Assembly (NCBI GenBank): GCA_963823665.1
Contig: CAWGMQ010000006.1
Span: 1,600,001 to 1,664,000 of the forward strand
Source of the DNA: an uncultured Planctomycetota bacterium
GTDB taxonomy: Bacteria > Planctomycetota > Planctomycetia > Isosphaerales > Isosphaeraceae
Length of the DNA stretch: 64,000 nucleotides
Direction of reading: 5' to 3'
The position numbers and the translations under genes were made by a program. A model generated the notes under the pieces. The model did not search any database, was not told the origin of the DNA, and was given only the letters and a program-made list of their open reading frames with translations. This document shows positions 1-11,760 of this stretch, one piece after another. The stretch's first letter is position 1, and the number at the start of each line of letters is the position of its first letter.

Positions 1-165
1 TCTACTCGGTCGGGGCGCTCTTGCTGGGGCTGTTTCTATCTGGCCGACGCCGCGCGGTTCTGGCTGGGCGCCAGGGATTCACGGGCCCGGCGGTTGCTCT
101 ATTCCTCGTTCTTGTATCTGCCGGCGATCCTGATCTTGCTGCTGGTCAATCCGATGCCTTATTGA
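1..165 (+). CDS. ctaB: 3' end of heme o synthase (protoheme IX farnesyltransferase), partial
   Basis: Frame 1 reads ...YLADAARFWLGARDSRARRLLYSSFLYLPAILILLLVNPMPY*, matching the ARRLF..S..YL C-terminus of CtaB/CyoE; lies directly upstream of oxidase subunit III. Confidence 0.75.
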   Translation, partial: STRSGRSCWGCFYLADAARFWLGARDSRARRLLYSSFLYLPAILILLLVNPMPY

Positions 166-220
166 CGGGCCGCCCGAGTGGCGGCTGTTTCTGGTCCTGG
201 ATCGAAGGGTCGATCACACG

Positions 221-1182
221 ATGGCTTCCGAGACACACGGTTCGAGTGCACCCGGGCCCTCCGGCGCAGGCGGTGACGCAGCCGTGCCGGCGCATCATGC
301 GCCGGTCTCGCCGGGCAAGGTGGCGATGTGGCTGTTCCTGGCCACGGAGGTGATGTTCTTCACCGGGTTGATCGGATCGTACATCGTGCTTCGCGCCGGC
401 AGCGGCCACAATCGGCCTACACGCAACCTCTATTCGCCTGCGCACTCGCTTGCCGGACTGGAAGACACGCACGGCATCTTGCTGAATTCGGCGGGTGCTA
501 GCCACGACACGGTCGAGCACATCCTGCACACCGAGGCGGGCCTGAACGAAGAAGACGCGAAGAAGCTGATTGAAGAGGCGCATCATTCGAAGGCCTTGAT
601 CAGCGGGCTGAAGCCCGAGAAGGCCAAGTCGCTGCTGGCGGCAGCTCAAAAACGCCGGGGCGGATGTGCAGGATGAAGAGTTGAAGACGCACAAGTGGCC
701 CGCGCCGTACGACGAGCTGACCAATCCGCTGGCGATCAATCTGACCGCGATCAATACGTTCATCCTGATCTGCTCGTCGCTGACGATGGTGCTGGCTCTT
801 GTCGGCGATTCAGGACGGGAAGAAGAAGAAGGGCTCGGCGCTTCTGCTGGCGACCGTGTTGATCGGTTCGTGTTTCTTGTCTGTTCAGGTTTACGAATAT
901 TATCAGTTGATGGTCGGCCACCATTTCCCGGCGGGGATCAGCGCGACCGGGCACTTCCGGCCGTCCGTGAGTTTATTCGCCTCGTGTTTCTTCACGATGA
1001 CCGGCTTCCACGGGGCGCACGTCACTGGTGGCGTGATCTTGCTGTTCGTCATCTTCATCCGGTCGGCCGTATTCGGCGACTACTCGAGTACCAACTACGC
1101 CCCGGTTGAGCTGGCGGGCCTCTACTGGCACTTCGTCGACCTGGTGTGGATTATCTTGTTCACGATTGTTTACCTGCTTTAA
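221..1182 (+). CDS. ctaE: Cytochrome c oxidase subunit III (two apparent frameshifts near 650 and 800; carries an inserted soluble domain)
   Basis: Motifs MWLFLATEVMFF, NTFILICSSLTM, MTGFHGAHV and GLYWHFVDLVW are spread over ORFs 221-676, 666-1109 and 799-1182. Confidence 0.92.
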
Positions 1183-1244
1183 TTCGCGCACGACCGCTCG
1201 TTTGGAGAGCCGGCGGGCTCGCGCCGGTCTGGAGAACCAAGCTC

Positions 1245-1635
1245 ATGGCCGATCTGACAAAGATGACGCCGGGTGAAGATTGCCGAGGAACATCGGACCG
1301 AGGCGCATGCGCCCTACTGGTGGATCTGGTTCTCCTTGCTGGTGCTGACGCTGATCGAGTACTACTATGCGATGTTTGCGCAGAGCGTCTTCCTGTTTCT
1401 GCTCCTAGGCCTGCTCTTCCTGGCGGTGGTCAAGGCGGGGCTCGTGGGTTGGTTCTTCATGCACTTGAAGTTCGAAGGGAACTGGGTCTACATCATGATC
1501 GTGCCGGCATTTGTGCTGGCGACGATCTTTGTGCTGGCGCTCATGCCCGACATGACGCTCAAGGAAAACGCCGACGACGTTCCGATCGAAGAGACGTCGT
1601 ACGAGGTTCCATTTCAAATAACCCGCTCGACGTGA
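1245..1635 (+). CDS. Cytochrome c oxidase subunit IV family protein (frameshift near the 5' end)
   Basis: Three TM helices with KAGLVGWFFMHLKFE motif; follows subunit III. Confidence 0.85.
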
Positions 1636-1666
1636 TACTCGACAGATCGAGAGCGATCGGCCCAAA

Positions 1667-2966
1667 GTGACCAGGTCATATCGTCTGGGTATACAGATTG
1701 TGCTGGGGGCAATCTTGCTCGCGGCGGCGGGTACGCTGGCGTGGGCGGCTCGCCGCGCTCCCGTGCCTGCGCGCGCTGCCGAGCAGCTTCCGCCCGGGTC
1801 GTTTCCGCTGGGCGAGTTTCGCCTGGTCGAGCGGTCGGGGAGAAACGTTTCAGCAGGCCGATTTCCGAGGGCGCGTCTGGGTCGCCGGGTTCATCTTCAC
1901 GCGGTGTCCGTTGTCGTGCCCGCGGATTTCGAGCGTGATGAAGGACCTTCAGCAGCGATTCGACGGCACGAGCGTGTTGCTGGCGAGCATCACGGTCGAC
2001 CCCGAGTACGACACGCCGGCGGTGCTCACTCAATATGCGCAGAAGTTCGAGGCCCGCCCGGATCGCTGGTGGTTTCTGACCGGTGCCAAGCAGCAGATCC
2101 ACGAGCTGGTGCAGGGCCGGTTCAAGCTCGCGATGCAGGCGGCATCTCCGGCCGAGAAAGCCGCAGGTTCGGAGGCGATCACGCACAGCGATCGGCTCGC
2201 GCTGGTCGAAGATGGCCAGGTCGTCGGTTTTTTCGAGTCAAACAGCGCGGCTTCGCTGGAATCGTTGGTCGCCGTGGCGAGTCGGCGCGCGCTGCCCGCG
2301 TGGGTGCGGTACTTGCCGACGCTCAACGCGAGCTTGAACGGTCTGTGCGCGGTCTTGCTCATCGCCGGCTGGATCTCGATTCGCATGCGAAACACGCCGC
2401 AACGATTGGAGTCAATTGGCTCGGCGGCGACGACTGGCGAGTTGCGTGAACGTCCCGTCGTGCGCGCCCACGTGGCGATCATGCTCACGGCCGTGGGCCT
2501 CTCCGCGCTGTTCTTGACCAGTTACGTGGTCTATCACAGCCAGGCGGGGAGCACCGCATTTCCACACGAGGGGCCGCTTCGGGTTTTGTATTTCACGATC
2601 CTTCTTTCCCATCTCACGCTGGCAATTGCGGTGATTCCGCTCGTGAGCCTGACGTTAATTCGCGCAATTCGCGGTAACTACGCAGGGCATCTTGCCGTTG
2701 CGCAACTGACATTTCCGATCTGGCTGTACGTCTCGGTCACGGGCGTGGTGATCTACGTCATGCTCTACCACCTGCCGATACCGTCGAGCCTGCGAACGGG
2801 GTTAATATCTAAAGCGGTCACGACAAACGACTTGCTGATTGTGCGAGACGGCGTTCGGCGACCTGGCAAACTGTTCGTTCCGACAGCTTTGCGTACGAAC
2901 AGCCGCCGCAATGCGCCCCGCTTGGAGATCATTGCCGCCTATATTTTTACGCGGGTGCGTTTCTAA
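1667..2966 (+). CDS. SCO1/SenC copper chaperone fused to a DUF420 membrane domain (frameshift near 1850; 3' end uncertain)
   Basis: FIFTRCPLSCP (CxxxC), ITVDPEYDTP and ITHSDR, then LPTLNASLNG...H...TFPIWLYVSVTGVVIYVML (DUF420). Confidence 0.85.
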
Positions 2967-3337
2967 GGTCAGCGGCCTGCAATCGTAAGAGAGACAGGAC
3001 GAGCGTGCAGTACCAATTGTGATGGTAGAGCAACATCATCCATGCAAGCAATCATTCGTGTTTTCGCCCGATTTTGTCGCCAATGCAGGAATTCAGCCAT
3101 TCACGCATGCGTCCAAGCAGTTTTTTCTTGACGACGCACATGGGCGCTGCGACGATAATTGGCTGGCTGAGTTTTCGGGCTTGCGGCAGTCCGATGCAGC
3201 CGCGAGCATCGTATACTTACTGACATTCGTAGCAGGCGGGGAGAGTTCACAGCGAGGCGGACGCTTCCGGGACGAGTGCAGATTGAAAGGGAGTGTGGTT
3301 TGGCCACGATGGCGGCCGGCCGAGAGCAGACAGCAGC

Positions 3338-6300
3338 ATGATTGGCAATCGCGGAAACCGGAGTCGAATCGAATTCAGGGCTCGCCGTTTGCGGCGTCGG
3401 CCCACGTGTGAGCTGATGGAGCGCCGTCTGGTTCTGTCGAGTTTCGTTGTCACCAGCACGGCGGACAGCACCGCGGCGAACACGCTGCGCTGGGCGATAC
3501 AGGAGGTCGATGCCGGGACGGGCCCGGGGTCGATCAGTTTCGATATTCCCGGCAACGGGGTGCAGGTGATCGCGCTCGAGCAGCCGCTGCCTGCGATCAC
3601 GAATCCGGTTGTGATCGATGGGACCACGCAGCCGAAGTATTCAGGCTCGCCGCTGATCCAGGTCGACGGCTCGGGGCTGCACACACCGGACAACGACGGC
3701 CTGGTTCTCTCGGCACCCGCGAGCACGATCGAGGGGCTTTCGATCGTCGGTTTTTCCGCCGGGTCGGGAATTCTGCTGAACGCGGCGGCGAATGGGACCC
3801 AGGTGCTGGCGAGCTACGTCGGCTTCTCGGCCGCCGCGGGACAGGCCAGTCCCAATCGCACCGGCATCTCGATTCTTGGCGCGTCGAACAACACGATCGG
3901 AGGCACGAGTGCGGGCTCGGGCAACGTGATCTCGGGGAACGATGGCGACGGGGTGCTGATCAATGCGGGTAGCGGGGTCGCCAGCAATAACGAGATCATC
4001 GGCAATCTGATCGGCACGAATCCGGCCGGCACCGTTGCCGTCGAAAACGGCGGTAGCGGCATCGACTTGATTGCGGCGATGGGAACGGGAATCGGACAGC
4101 CGGTGACGGGAGCGGGCAATGTGATTTCGGGCAACGGCGGCTGCGGGATCGAGTTGTTTGCGGGTGCCACGGGGACGATCATCCAGAACAACGAGATCGG
4201 ATTGGCGCTCGATGCGAGCTCGGCGCTCGGGAATGGCGGTGACGGCATCTACCTGAGCGACTCACCTTGGAATCAAATCGGCGGCACCGACAAGTTTGAC
4301 GGCAACCTGATCGGGTCCAATCACGGCAACGGCATCAATGCGCAGGGCAACTCTTCGAACACGCTGGTGGAAGGGAATTGCGTCGGCACCGATATCACGG
4401 CGACGCTCAACCGGGGCAATGAAAGCAACGGCATCGAGCTCGCATCGTCCTCGAACACAATCGGCGGCACGATCGGGGGTGCGGGCAACACGATTGACTT
4501 CAACGGTGCGGGGCAGTCGGGATCTGGCGTTCAACTCGTCGGCAGTCCCACGTTCGACCAGATCCTCTCCAACTCGATTTACGAGAATGCCGTCCTGGGC
4601 ATCAATCTGGGCAACGGCCCGACGCCGAACCACCAGCCGGGGACTTCGGGGCCCAACAATTACCAGAACTACCCGGTTCTGCAAGCAGCACAGAGCGATG
4701 GCACGCTGACGACCGTCCAGGGCAAGCTGAACGCCTTACCCAGCACGAACTACTTGATTCAGTTCTACTGCAGCGCAACGAGCTCCGCGTCGGGGTTCGG
4801 GCAGGGTCAGACGCTCATCGGTTCGGAGCTTGTACCAACTGATGGGAGTGGTTTGGCGACCGTCGTTTACCCATTGTCGGTGGCCACCACGCCGGGCCAG
4901 TGGATCTCGGCCACGGCGACTGATCCGGCCGGCGATACATCGGAATTCGCGCTCGACCAGGAGATCCAGGGCCAGATCAATCTGATCGTTACGGGCACGG
5001 CGGCTCCCTCGCCGGTTGCGATCGGCGGGCAAATCACGTATACGCTCACCGTGCAGAACGCGGGGACGATTTCCGCTACTGATGTGACCCTCGAGAACCA
5101 GCTTCCGGGCGGCGTCACATTGGTTTCCGCGATCGCGAGTCAGGGATACGTTCAACCGGCGGTTTCCAGCTCACAGATCGCCAATTTGCAGACGATCGCT
5201 GCCGGTGGCACGGCGACGCTGACAATCGTCTGCCAGACGAGCACGAACACGCAACTCGGCAAACTGGTCGACACGGCAAGCGTGACAAGTGACCAGACCG
5301 ACCCAACGCCTGCGGATGAATTCGTCTCGATCAGCGACATAGTTGCCACAACGGCTGATCTCTCTCTCCGGCTCACGGCTGATACGAGCTCGGTGCTCGT
5401 GGGGTCAAACGTGACTTACACGATCACTGCAACCAACGGCGGTCCGCAGAGTGCGAGCAACGTCAGCGTGACTCTGCCGATCGTCTCCGGCGAGGCATTC
5501 GTCTCCTCGACTTCGGCAAATTCGTCGATCGTGAATGGTCAGGTTGTGGTCAATCTGGGCGACGTTGTCGGTGACGTCAAGCGCGAGCGTGCAGGTGGTT
5601 GTCCAGGCCGTCACGGCCGGTACGTTGAGCGAAACCGCGACGGTCACGAGTGATAGTATCGACACCAATCCGTCCAATAACACGTCCACGGTGAACATCC
5701 AGGTCAACCCCGCCGCCCTTTTGCAAGTGGCGGTGGCGGCATCGCAGTCTCCCGTCGTTCTCGGCAGCGACTTCGAGTACATCGTGAACGTGACCAACGC
5801 GGGTCCCAGCGTTGCCACCGGGGTCATCTTGAGCGACACGCTGCCTGCGGAAGTCGAGTTCGTTTCGGCAAGCGATGATCAGAATGTGGCGGCAGCTTTT
5901 TCTGGCGGAGTCGTGACGTTGTCGCTCGCAACGCTGCAAGTGGGCGCGACTGCGACATTGAGCATCGAGGTTACTCCTGGAGGTGTGCCGGGGTCGAGCT
6001 TGACTGATTCGGCCTCTGTCATCGAGCAAGTGGCCGACCCTGACCCGTCCGACGGGACCGCCACGCTGGTGACGCCGGTGGTCGGTGTGAGCGATCTGGC
6101 GATCACGGCCACCGGTCAGCAGTCTTCGGTATACGTCGGTCAGAACATCGAATACCTGCTGCACGTTTCCAACGAAGGGCCGGACGACGAGCCCGATGCG
6201 GTCGTGACGTGGGTCGTGCCTGCCGACGCGACCTTCGTCTTGGCCGATTGCCCCCAGGGGAGTGGAACGACCGTCACTCAAACAATGGTAAGCGTGGATG

Positions 6301-8222
6301 TTGGTCCGGTCGGCTCAGGCGATGCCGTTGACCTCTCTTTTGTGGTCAATCCCCTAGCCGGTGCCGCCGGACAGTTCACGACGACGTTCGCGGTGCAGGG
6401 AGAGAATGTCGATCCCGTTTCTTCGAACAACACCGCGTCCGCAACGGTGCAGGTGACACCCTCGGCCGATCTCGCGGTCACGATCAATCCCGGCCGGGAT
6501 GGTCCGTTCGACGATTCGAGCTGGAGTTACACGGAGTTAATCCAGAACCTGGGGCCGTCGGACGCCACGGGCGTGGTCCTGACGTCGCCGTTGCCCGCCA
6601 ACATCTCGTTGATTTCGACAACGCCGAGCCAGGGAGCTGCGGTGAGCGTGCAGGCCGGGGTTGCGTCCGCGTCGCTGGGGGCGATTGCGGCCGGCCAGTC
6701 GGCGACGGTCACGTTTGTTGTGGAGCCGACCTCGGTCGCCCCGATCAACTTGTCGGCGTCAGTCGCCGGTGACCAGTACGACCCCTCGCTCGGCGACAAC
6801 AGTGCGGATTACACGGTTTCGACTGCACCTTCAGACGAATTGCTGATGAGCGTGGTTTCGCAATCCAGCACCGTCACAAGCGGCCAGAGCTGGAGCTTCA
6901 CTGCGTGGGTGCAGAACGCGGGGCCGGATCCGGCGACGAACGTGGTGATGACGATTCCGCTCGCCGGCGGTCTGGTGTTCGGCTCGACGGTGCCGAGTCA
7001 GGGGACGAGCAGCGTGAGCGGAACGGCTGTCGTCGCACAGCTCGGTGAAATCGAGCCCGGTTCGTCTGCGTCGGTGCAGGTCGTTGTGACGGCGACTGCG
7101 GTCGGCGCCATCACCCAATCCGCATCGGTCAGCTCGGCGGAGAACTCGCTCAACGTCAATGGACTCGAGGGCGGCATTGAAGTCAATGTCCTCGCATCGC
7201 CGGGGATCTTGCAGTTTGCCGCGGCGTCGTACTCGGTCACCGAGGATGCCGGCTTCGCCCAGCTTGTCGTGACCCGCACCGGCGGAGCGCGCGGAGCGGT
7301 GACGGTCGGCTATCAGACGGTCTCCGCCGGCGCGACTCCAGGGCTCGACTACGTAAGCACCTCGGGCACGCTTTCCTTCGCCGCAGGAGCGACTTCGGCG
7401 ACGATCACTGTTCCCGTGCTGGCCGATCCTTGGGACAACCAGAACGAATATGTGAGATTATTGCTCAGTTCTCCATCGGGAGGTGCGACCATCGGGTCGC
7501 AGGGAACGACGCTTCTGCAAATCGTCGATGTCGACCCCAATTACACGCCGCCCGAAGTGCAAAGCCTGACCTGGGGGGGGACGTCGCGCTCGATCACCAG
7601 TTTGACGGTCAGCTTCAGCGAGCCGCTCAACCCGCAGTATGCGATGATCCCGGGCGACTACGAGCTCGTCGCGCCCGGACTGGGCAACATGGCGGTTCCT
7701 CTGACGCCACAATCCTACGACGGCTCGACATTCTCGGTGACGCTGGTTCCTTCGGTCGCGCTTCCGTCAGGGCAGTTCTATTACATTCAGATCGTCGGCT
7801 CGGGCCCGAACGCGATCCGGGACATCGGCGGCAACTTGCTCGACGGTGCCGGCAACGGGAATCCTGGCTCCAATTATCAGGCGAGCTTCGCGCAGGGTAC
7901 TCAGCTCAAGTATGTCGACGGGTCGGGCAACAAGGTCTCACTCAAACTGACCGGCTCCGGATATATGGAGCAGGTGCGTGACGCCGCGGGCGATGGAGTG
8001 GTGCTCGACCTCGTGGGAGTGAAGGCGCACCACGCGACGCTCTCCGGCACGGTGAACGGGCCGGTCTCCCGCGCAGCGCGAAAGGCCAAGGCGGCGCATG
8101 CAACGGAGCTTGGCACGATCGAGGGACTGGGCAACTTCGGCGACGTCAATGTCCTGCTTAAATCGCCGCCGTTCTACGTCAAGTCCTATCCATTCCAGCG
8201 TCGTGGCAAGGGGGTTCTCTGA
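3338..8222 (+). CDS. Large secreted/surface protein: beta-helix repeats, several DUF11 Ig-like repeats, Calx-beta domain (frameshift near 5570)
   Basis: Planctomycete export motif ELMERRLVLS; GNVISGN repeats; repeated ADL.V...VG..YT.TV.N.GP units; LQF....YSVTED...DY....GTLSFAAG. Confidence 0.85.
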
Positions 8223-8404
8223 GTAACCGAAGGGGCCGGCTCCAGTGCTCAGCACGGTACGTTGCCGGTGAGCCCGGGGTTCGTTCGGCGAGGGCTGCGG
8301 CGATCCAGGAGTTGACGGCCGATCAGCGGTCGGGCTAGAATAGACGCCCGAAGGTGCAGTGGCTTGAGGTGAACGGTCCGGACACTTCGGAGAACGCTGC
8401 GGCG

Positions 8405-8659
8405 ATGAATCGCAGAGTGAGTCGGGTATTCCTGGGTATCGCGCTCGCAATTCTCGTGGGCGCCAGCGGTGTGAGCGAGGTCCGGGCTTGCCCCAACTGC
8501 AAGGAGGCGGTCAATTCGTCGGAAGGTGAGGTTTCGAGTGCGGCGATGGGATATAACTGGAGCATCGCCTTGATGCTGGCCGTTCCGTTCTCGATGCTGG
8601 GAACGGGCATGTTAGTTATCCGCCGCGCCGTGAAGCGGGGCGTGCTGCCGGAGATGTGA
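8405..8659 (+). CDS. Small membrane protein with ACPNCK motif
   Basis: Signal/TM segment, CxxC, C-terminal TM; clean ORF. Confidence 0.65.
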   Translation: MNRRVSRVFLGIALAILVGASGVSEVRACPNCKEAVNSSEGEVSSAAMGYNWSIALMLAVPFSMLGTGMLVIRRAVKRGVLPEM

Positions 8660-8723
8660 CCGCCGGTCTCGCGGCTCCAAGTGGAATATGTTATCCGCGT
8701 GCGGGTTGTCTGTCGTGGTTCGC

Positions 8724-9709
8724 TCAGCGAAGAGCTTGGGCGGCTTCTCGCAGGCGGGCTGCCGGGGTGTTGGCAGCAAGGTCGTCGATCATCTCGATCG
8801 TGGCCTGCTCGATGGCGGCCTGCCAGCGGTCGCTGAAGCGGTTGCGGAACGCCGCACGTTGGTATGCGAACGTGATGCCGCGCGAATTATTGACGATCGC
8901 TCCCAATCCGTCGGAATCGAATGCACCGGCGACGTCGCGCCCGTTGCGCCCTGGCTGCCGTAGCCGGGAACGAGGATTGGCACGCCGGGAAGTGCGCCAC
9001 GGAGCTCAGCGAGCTGGTCGGGGTACGTCGCGCCGACGACGGCCCCTACGAGGCTGTAGCCGCATTCACCGCGGTGCGGGAGAGCCCACTGTAACAGGCG
9101 GTCGGCCACATGCCGGTAGAGCGGCTTTCCTTCCGAGACGAGATCCTGGAATTCACCAGCGGAGCTGTTGCTGGTGCGTACCAGAACAAAGACGCCCTTC
9201 TTCTCGCGGGCGGCGACTTTGATGAATGGCGAGACTCCGTCGCTGCCCAAGTAGGGGTTGACGGTCAGCGCGTCGGCATGCCACGTACTTTCGAACGCTG
9301 CTCCAATGGGGACTTTGCCAAGGTAGCCTCGAGCATACGCCTCGGCGGTCGAGCCAATGTCGTTTCGTTTGCCGTCGATGATCACGGCCAAGCCATGCTC
9401 GCGCGCGTAGGCCGCACAGGAATTCAAGGCGGCGAGGCCATGCGGGCCGTAGGCTTCATAAAACGCAGATTGAAACTTCACGGCTGGAACAATGGGTGCG
9501 ATGACGTCGATCACGTCGCAGCCAAAACGGCAGAGTGCCTGTGGAACCCCTTCACAATCGGCCGCGAATCGTTCCAGGAAACCAGCCGGAAGTTCATCGG
9601 GGCGCGGGTCGATACCAACGCAGACCGGGTTACCGGCTCGTTGCATCGCCGCGAATAGACGGTCGACGAAGTGCACGAGTCGTTGCTCCACTTGGGGTTG
9701 GGTTGACAC
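8724..9709 (-). CDS. pyrF: Orotidine-5'-phosphate decarboxylase (frameshift near 8940)
   Basis: VCVGIDP, AVKFQSAFYE, DGKRNDIGST, TVNPYLG, GAVVGATYP, LVPGYG.QG; C-terminus VNNSRGI continues in ORF 8724-8906. Confidence 0.95.
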
Positions 9710-9730
9710 TTCCGGGTTTGATTCTACAAT
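9703..9730 (+). promoter_or_regulatory. sigma70-type promoter of the tRNA
   Basis: TTGACA-16 nt-TACAAT, about 60 nt upstream of the tRNA. Confidence 0.65.
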
Positions 9731-9788
9731 CTAACGGCCAACCAGGTATAGACTCAGCTTCAAGCTGTGCGCTATGCTGGGTGTACAT

Positions 9789-9864
9789 CGGGGCGTAGCG
9801 CAGCTTGGATTAGCGCGCTTGCTTGGGGTGCAAGAGGTCACCGGTTCAAATCCGGTCGCCCCGA
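9789..9864 (+). tRNA. tRNA-Pro(GGG)
   Basis: Acceptor stem CGGGGCG/CGCCCCG, anticodon arm CTTGC-TTGGGGT-GCAAG, T-arm ACCGG-TTCAAAT-CCGGT; CCA not encoded. Confidence 0.96.
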
Positions 9865-9866
9865 TT
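9823..9866 (+). repeat. attL core, 44-bp direct repeat (3' half of tRNA-Pro)
   Basis: TTGGGGTGCAAGAGGTCACCGGTTCAAATCCGGTCGCCCCGATT, identical at 25042-25085. Confidence 0.96.
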
Positions 9867-9997
9867 AGTCGAAAAGCGTTACAGCTAAAGACTTACAGAA
9901 ACTCGACGCCGAGATCGCGGAAGCCAAATACCCTAAGTTACGGGGTAGTCTACCCCGTAACTCGAAATGCAACCATGCACTTTGGGGGTTTTGAGCC

Positions 9998-11215
9998 ATG
10001 CGACCGAAGAACATCATTCCCACCTACCGACTCCACCAGGCGACCGGGCAAGCTCGTTGCGTCGTCAACGGCAAGACTCACTACCTGGGACCGTACGAAA
10101 GCCCAGAATCCCGGCGCGAGTATGCACGCATCCTTACCGAGCTGGCGGCCGGTAACGGGGTAGTCGCTACCCCGATTCCGGCTCCGTCTGGTACCACGTC
10201 AACGCCCGCCACGTCTGTCTTCGTCTCTGAACTCATCTTAGCTTACAGACGGCATGCGGCGGAATATTACGTCAAGAATGGTCGCAAGACTTCCGAAGTC
10301 GCGATCGTGAAGATGGCAACTGACGTCGTCCACGAGTTGTACCAGCAAAGCCAGGTGACGGAGTTCGGCCCTCTGGCGCTCACGGCATGCCAGCAAAAAC
10401 TCATCGATCAAAAGCTTGCTCGCTCGAGCGTCAACAAGCTGGTGAATCGAATTCGCCTCATGTTCAAGTGGGGTGTCGCGCACCAGATGGTGCCAGAATC
10501 CGTTCATCGGGCGCTTGAGTGCGTCGAGGGGCTTCGCAAGGGACGGAGCAAGGCGACGGAATCGAGAAAGATTCGTCCGGTTCCCGACCAGATCGTAGGC
10601 AAGGCAAGCCCGTTCATGCCGCGGCAGGTGGCTGCGATGGTGCAGCTCCAATCCTTGACCGGGTGCAGGCCCGGCGAAATCGTCATCATCCGCGGGTGTG
10701 ACCTGAACATGAGTGGCAAAATCTGGGAGTACAAGCCGGCGGCATGGAAAACAGAACATCACGAAGACGTTGCCGAGCGAGTGATCTACATCGGCCCGAA
10801 AGCCCAGCGGGTTCTCAAACCGTGGCTCCGTCCCAATTTGAGCGACTACCTGTTCAGCCCGAAAGAAGCGCTTGCCGAGCTCAATGCTGAGCGGCGTGAA
10901 AGTCGCAAGACGCCCGTCTATCCCTCGCATCAAGCCCGCTACGAGCGCGAGAAGGCCCGCCGAGGCCGTCGACCAGATCACGACCACTACACCGTGGAAA
11001 ACTACCGCCAGGCAATCGAGCGCGCTTGCGAAAAGGCCAAGGTGCCAGCGTTCAAGCCGAATCAGTTGCGGCATAGCCTGGCAACCCGGCTCCGTCGAGA
11101 CTTTGGACTCGAGGCCACGGCGGCGGTGCTCGGACATGAGGAATTGGAAACCAGCCAGATTTACGCCGAGAAAGACGCGAAGCTGGCCAAGCAGGTGATG
11201 GGCAAGATCGGTTAA
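9998..11215 (+). CDS. Tyrosine recombinase / phage integrase
   Basis: TGCRPGE, WKT, NQLRH, VLGH and TSQIY catalytic motifs; N-terminal arm-binding-like region; adjacent to attL. Confidence 0.95.
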   Translation: MRPKNIIPTYRLHQATGQARCVVNGKTHYLGPYESPESRREYARILTELAAGNGVVATPIPAPSGTTSTPATSVFVSELILAYRRHAAEYYVKNGRKTSEVAIVKMATDVVHELYQQSQVTEFGPLALTACQQKLIDQKLARSSVNKLVNRIRLMFKWGVAHQMVPESVHRALECVEGLRKGRSKATESRKIRPVPDQIVGKASPFMPRQVAAMVQLQSLTGCRPGEIVIIRGCDLNMSGKIWEYKPAAWKTEHHEDVAERVIYIGPKAQRVLKPWLRPNLSDYLFSPKEALAELNAERRESRKTPVYPSHQARYEREKARRGRRPDHDHYTVENYRQAIERACEKAKVPAFKPNQLRHSLATRLRRDFGLEATAAVLGHEELETSQIYAEKDAKLAKQVMGKIG

Positions 11216-11338
11216 CATCAAGGCAGCGGGACGGCTCGAGCGATTGCAAGCGATCGAGCCAAGCGGTCTAGCCGGTGTGGCGTTCTCCCCTGTTCGCCAT
11301 GTCGGCTAGATCGGCCCGTGAAAACAGGGGTGCACGAG

Positions 11339-11647
11339 ATGTCAGACAAGGATTTTCCACGGACCATTTCCGATATCCTGGCCATGCAGGAGGAAGCCGC
11401 CACTATCTGCCGCTTGATATCCGCTCAAATCGCAAATGAGCCCGCGGAATCTCCGAACGCGTCGCGCGATCGATACATCGTCAATGCGTACTTGGACGGC
11501 AAGTCATACGCAGACATTATTGAGGCCGTGAAACAAAAGCCACGGTGGTCAAGAATCAGTTCCGAGCCTGGCATCTTGCGCGTGATCAAGCGATATTGCA
11601 AAAAGAGGAACATAGACATAAAACTGCGCAATCAAAAGAAGAATTAG
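11339..11647 (+). CDS. Small basic protein, probable DNA-binding regulator
   Basis: RDRYIVNAYLDGKSYADI HTH-like segment and basic C-terminus; sits in the usual regulator position after the integrase. Confidence 0.5.
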   Translation: MSDKDFPRTISDILAMQEEAATICRLISAQIANEPAESPNASRDRYIVNAYLDGKSYADIIEAVKQKPRWSRISSEPGILRVIKRYCKKRNIDIKLRNQKKN

Positions 11648-11760
11648 CGCAATTTAGCGCCGTGCCAAACGTCGCGCTAAATCATGTCAATTGCAACTCA
11701 TCTCTTCATTTGTCATCTTGAATTCCAGTGGTACGGCACTCGTGCTAACTGGAGTTCAAA

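Noticed and set aside
640..810. Programmed ribosomal frameshifting in ctaE
   Set aside because: Similar indels occur in many unrelated genes; assembly error is the simpler explanation
10238..11221. Long antisense ORFs (also 33923-35095, 54143-55243, 61192-62052)
   Set aside because: Shadows of well-supported genes on the opposite strand, expected in high-GC DNA
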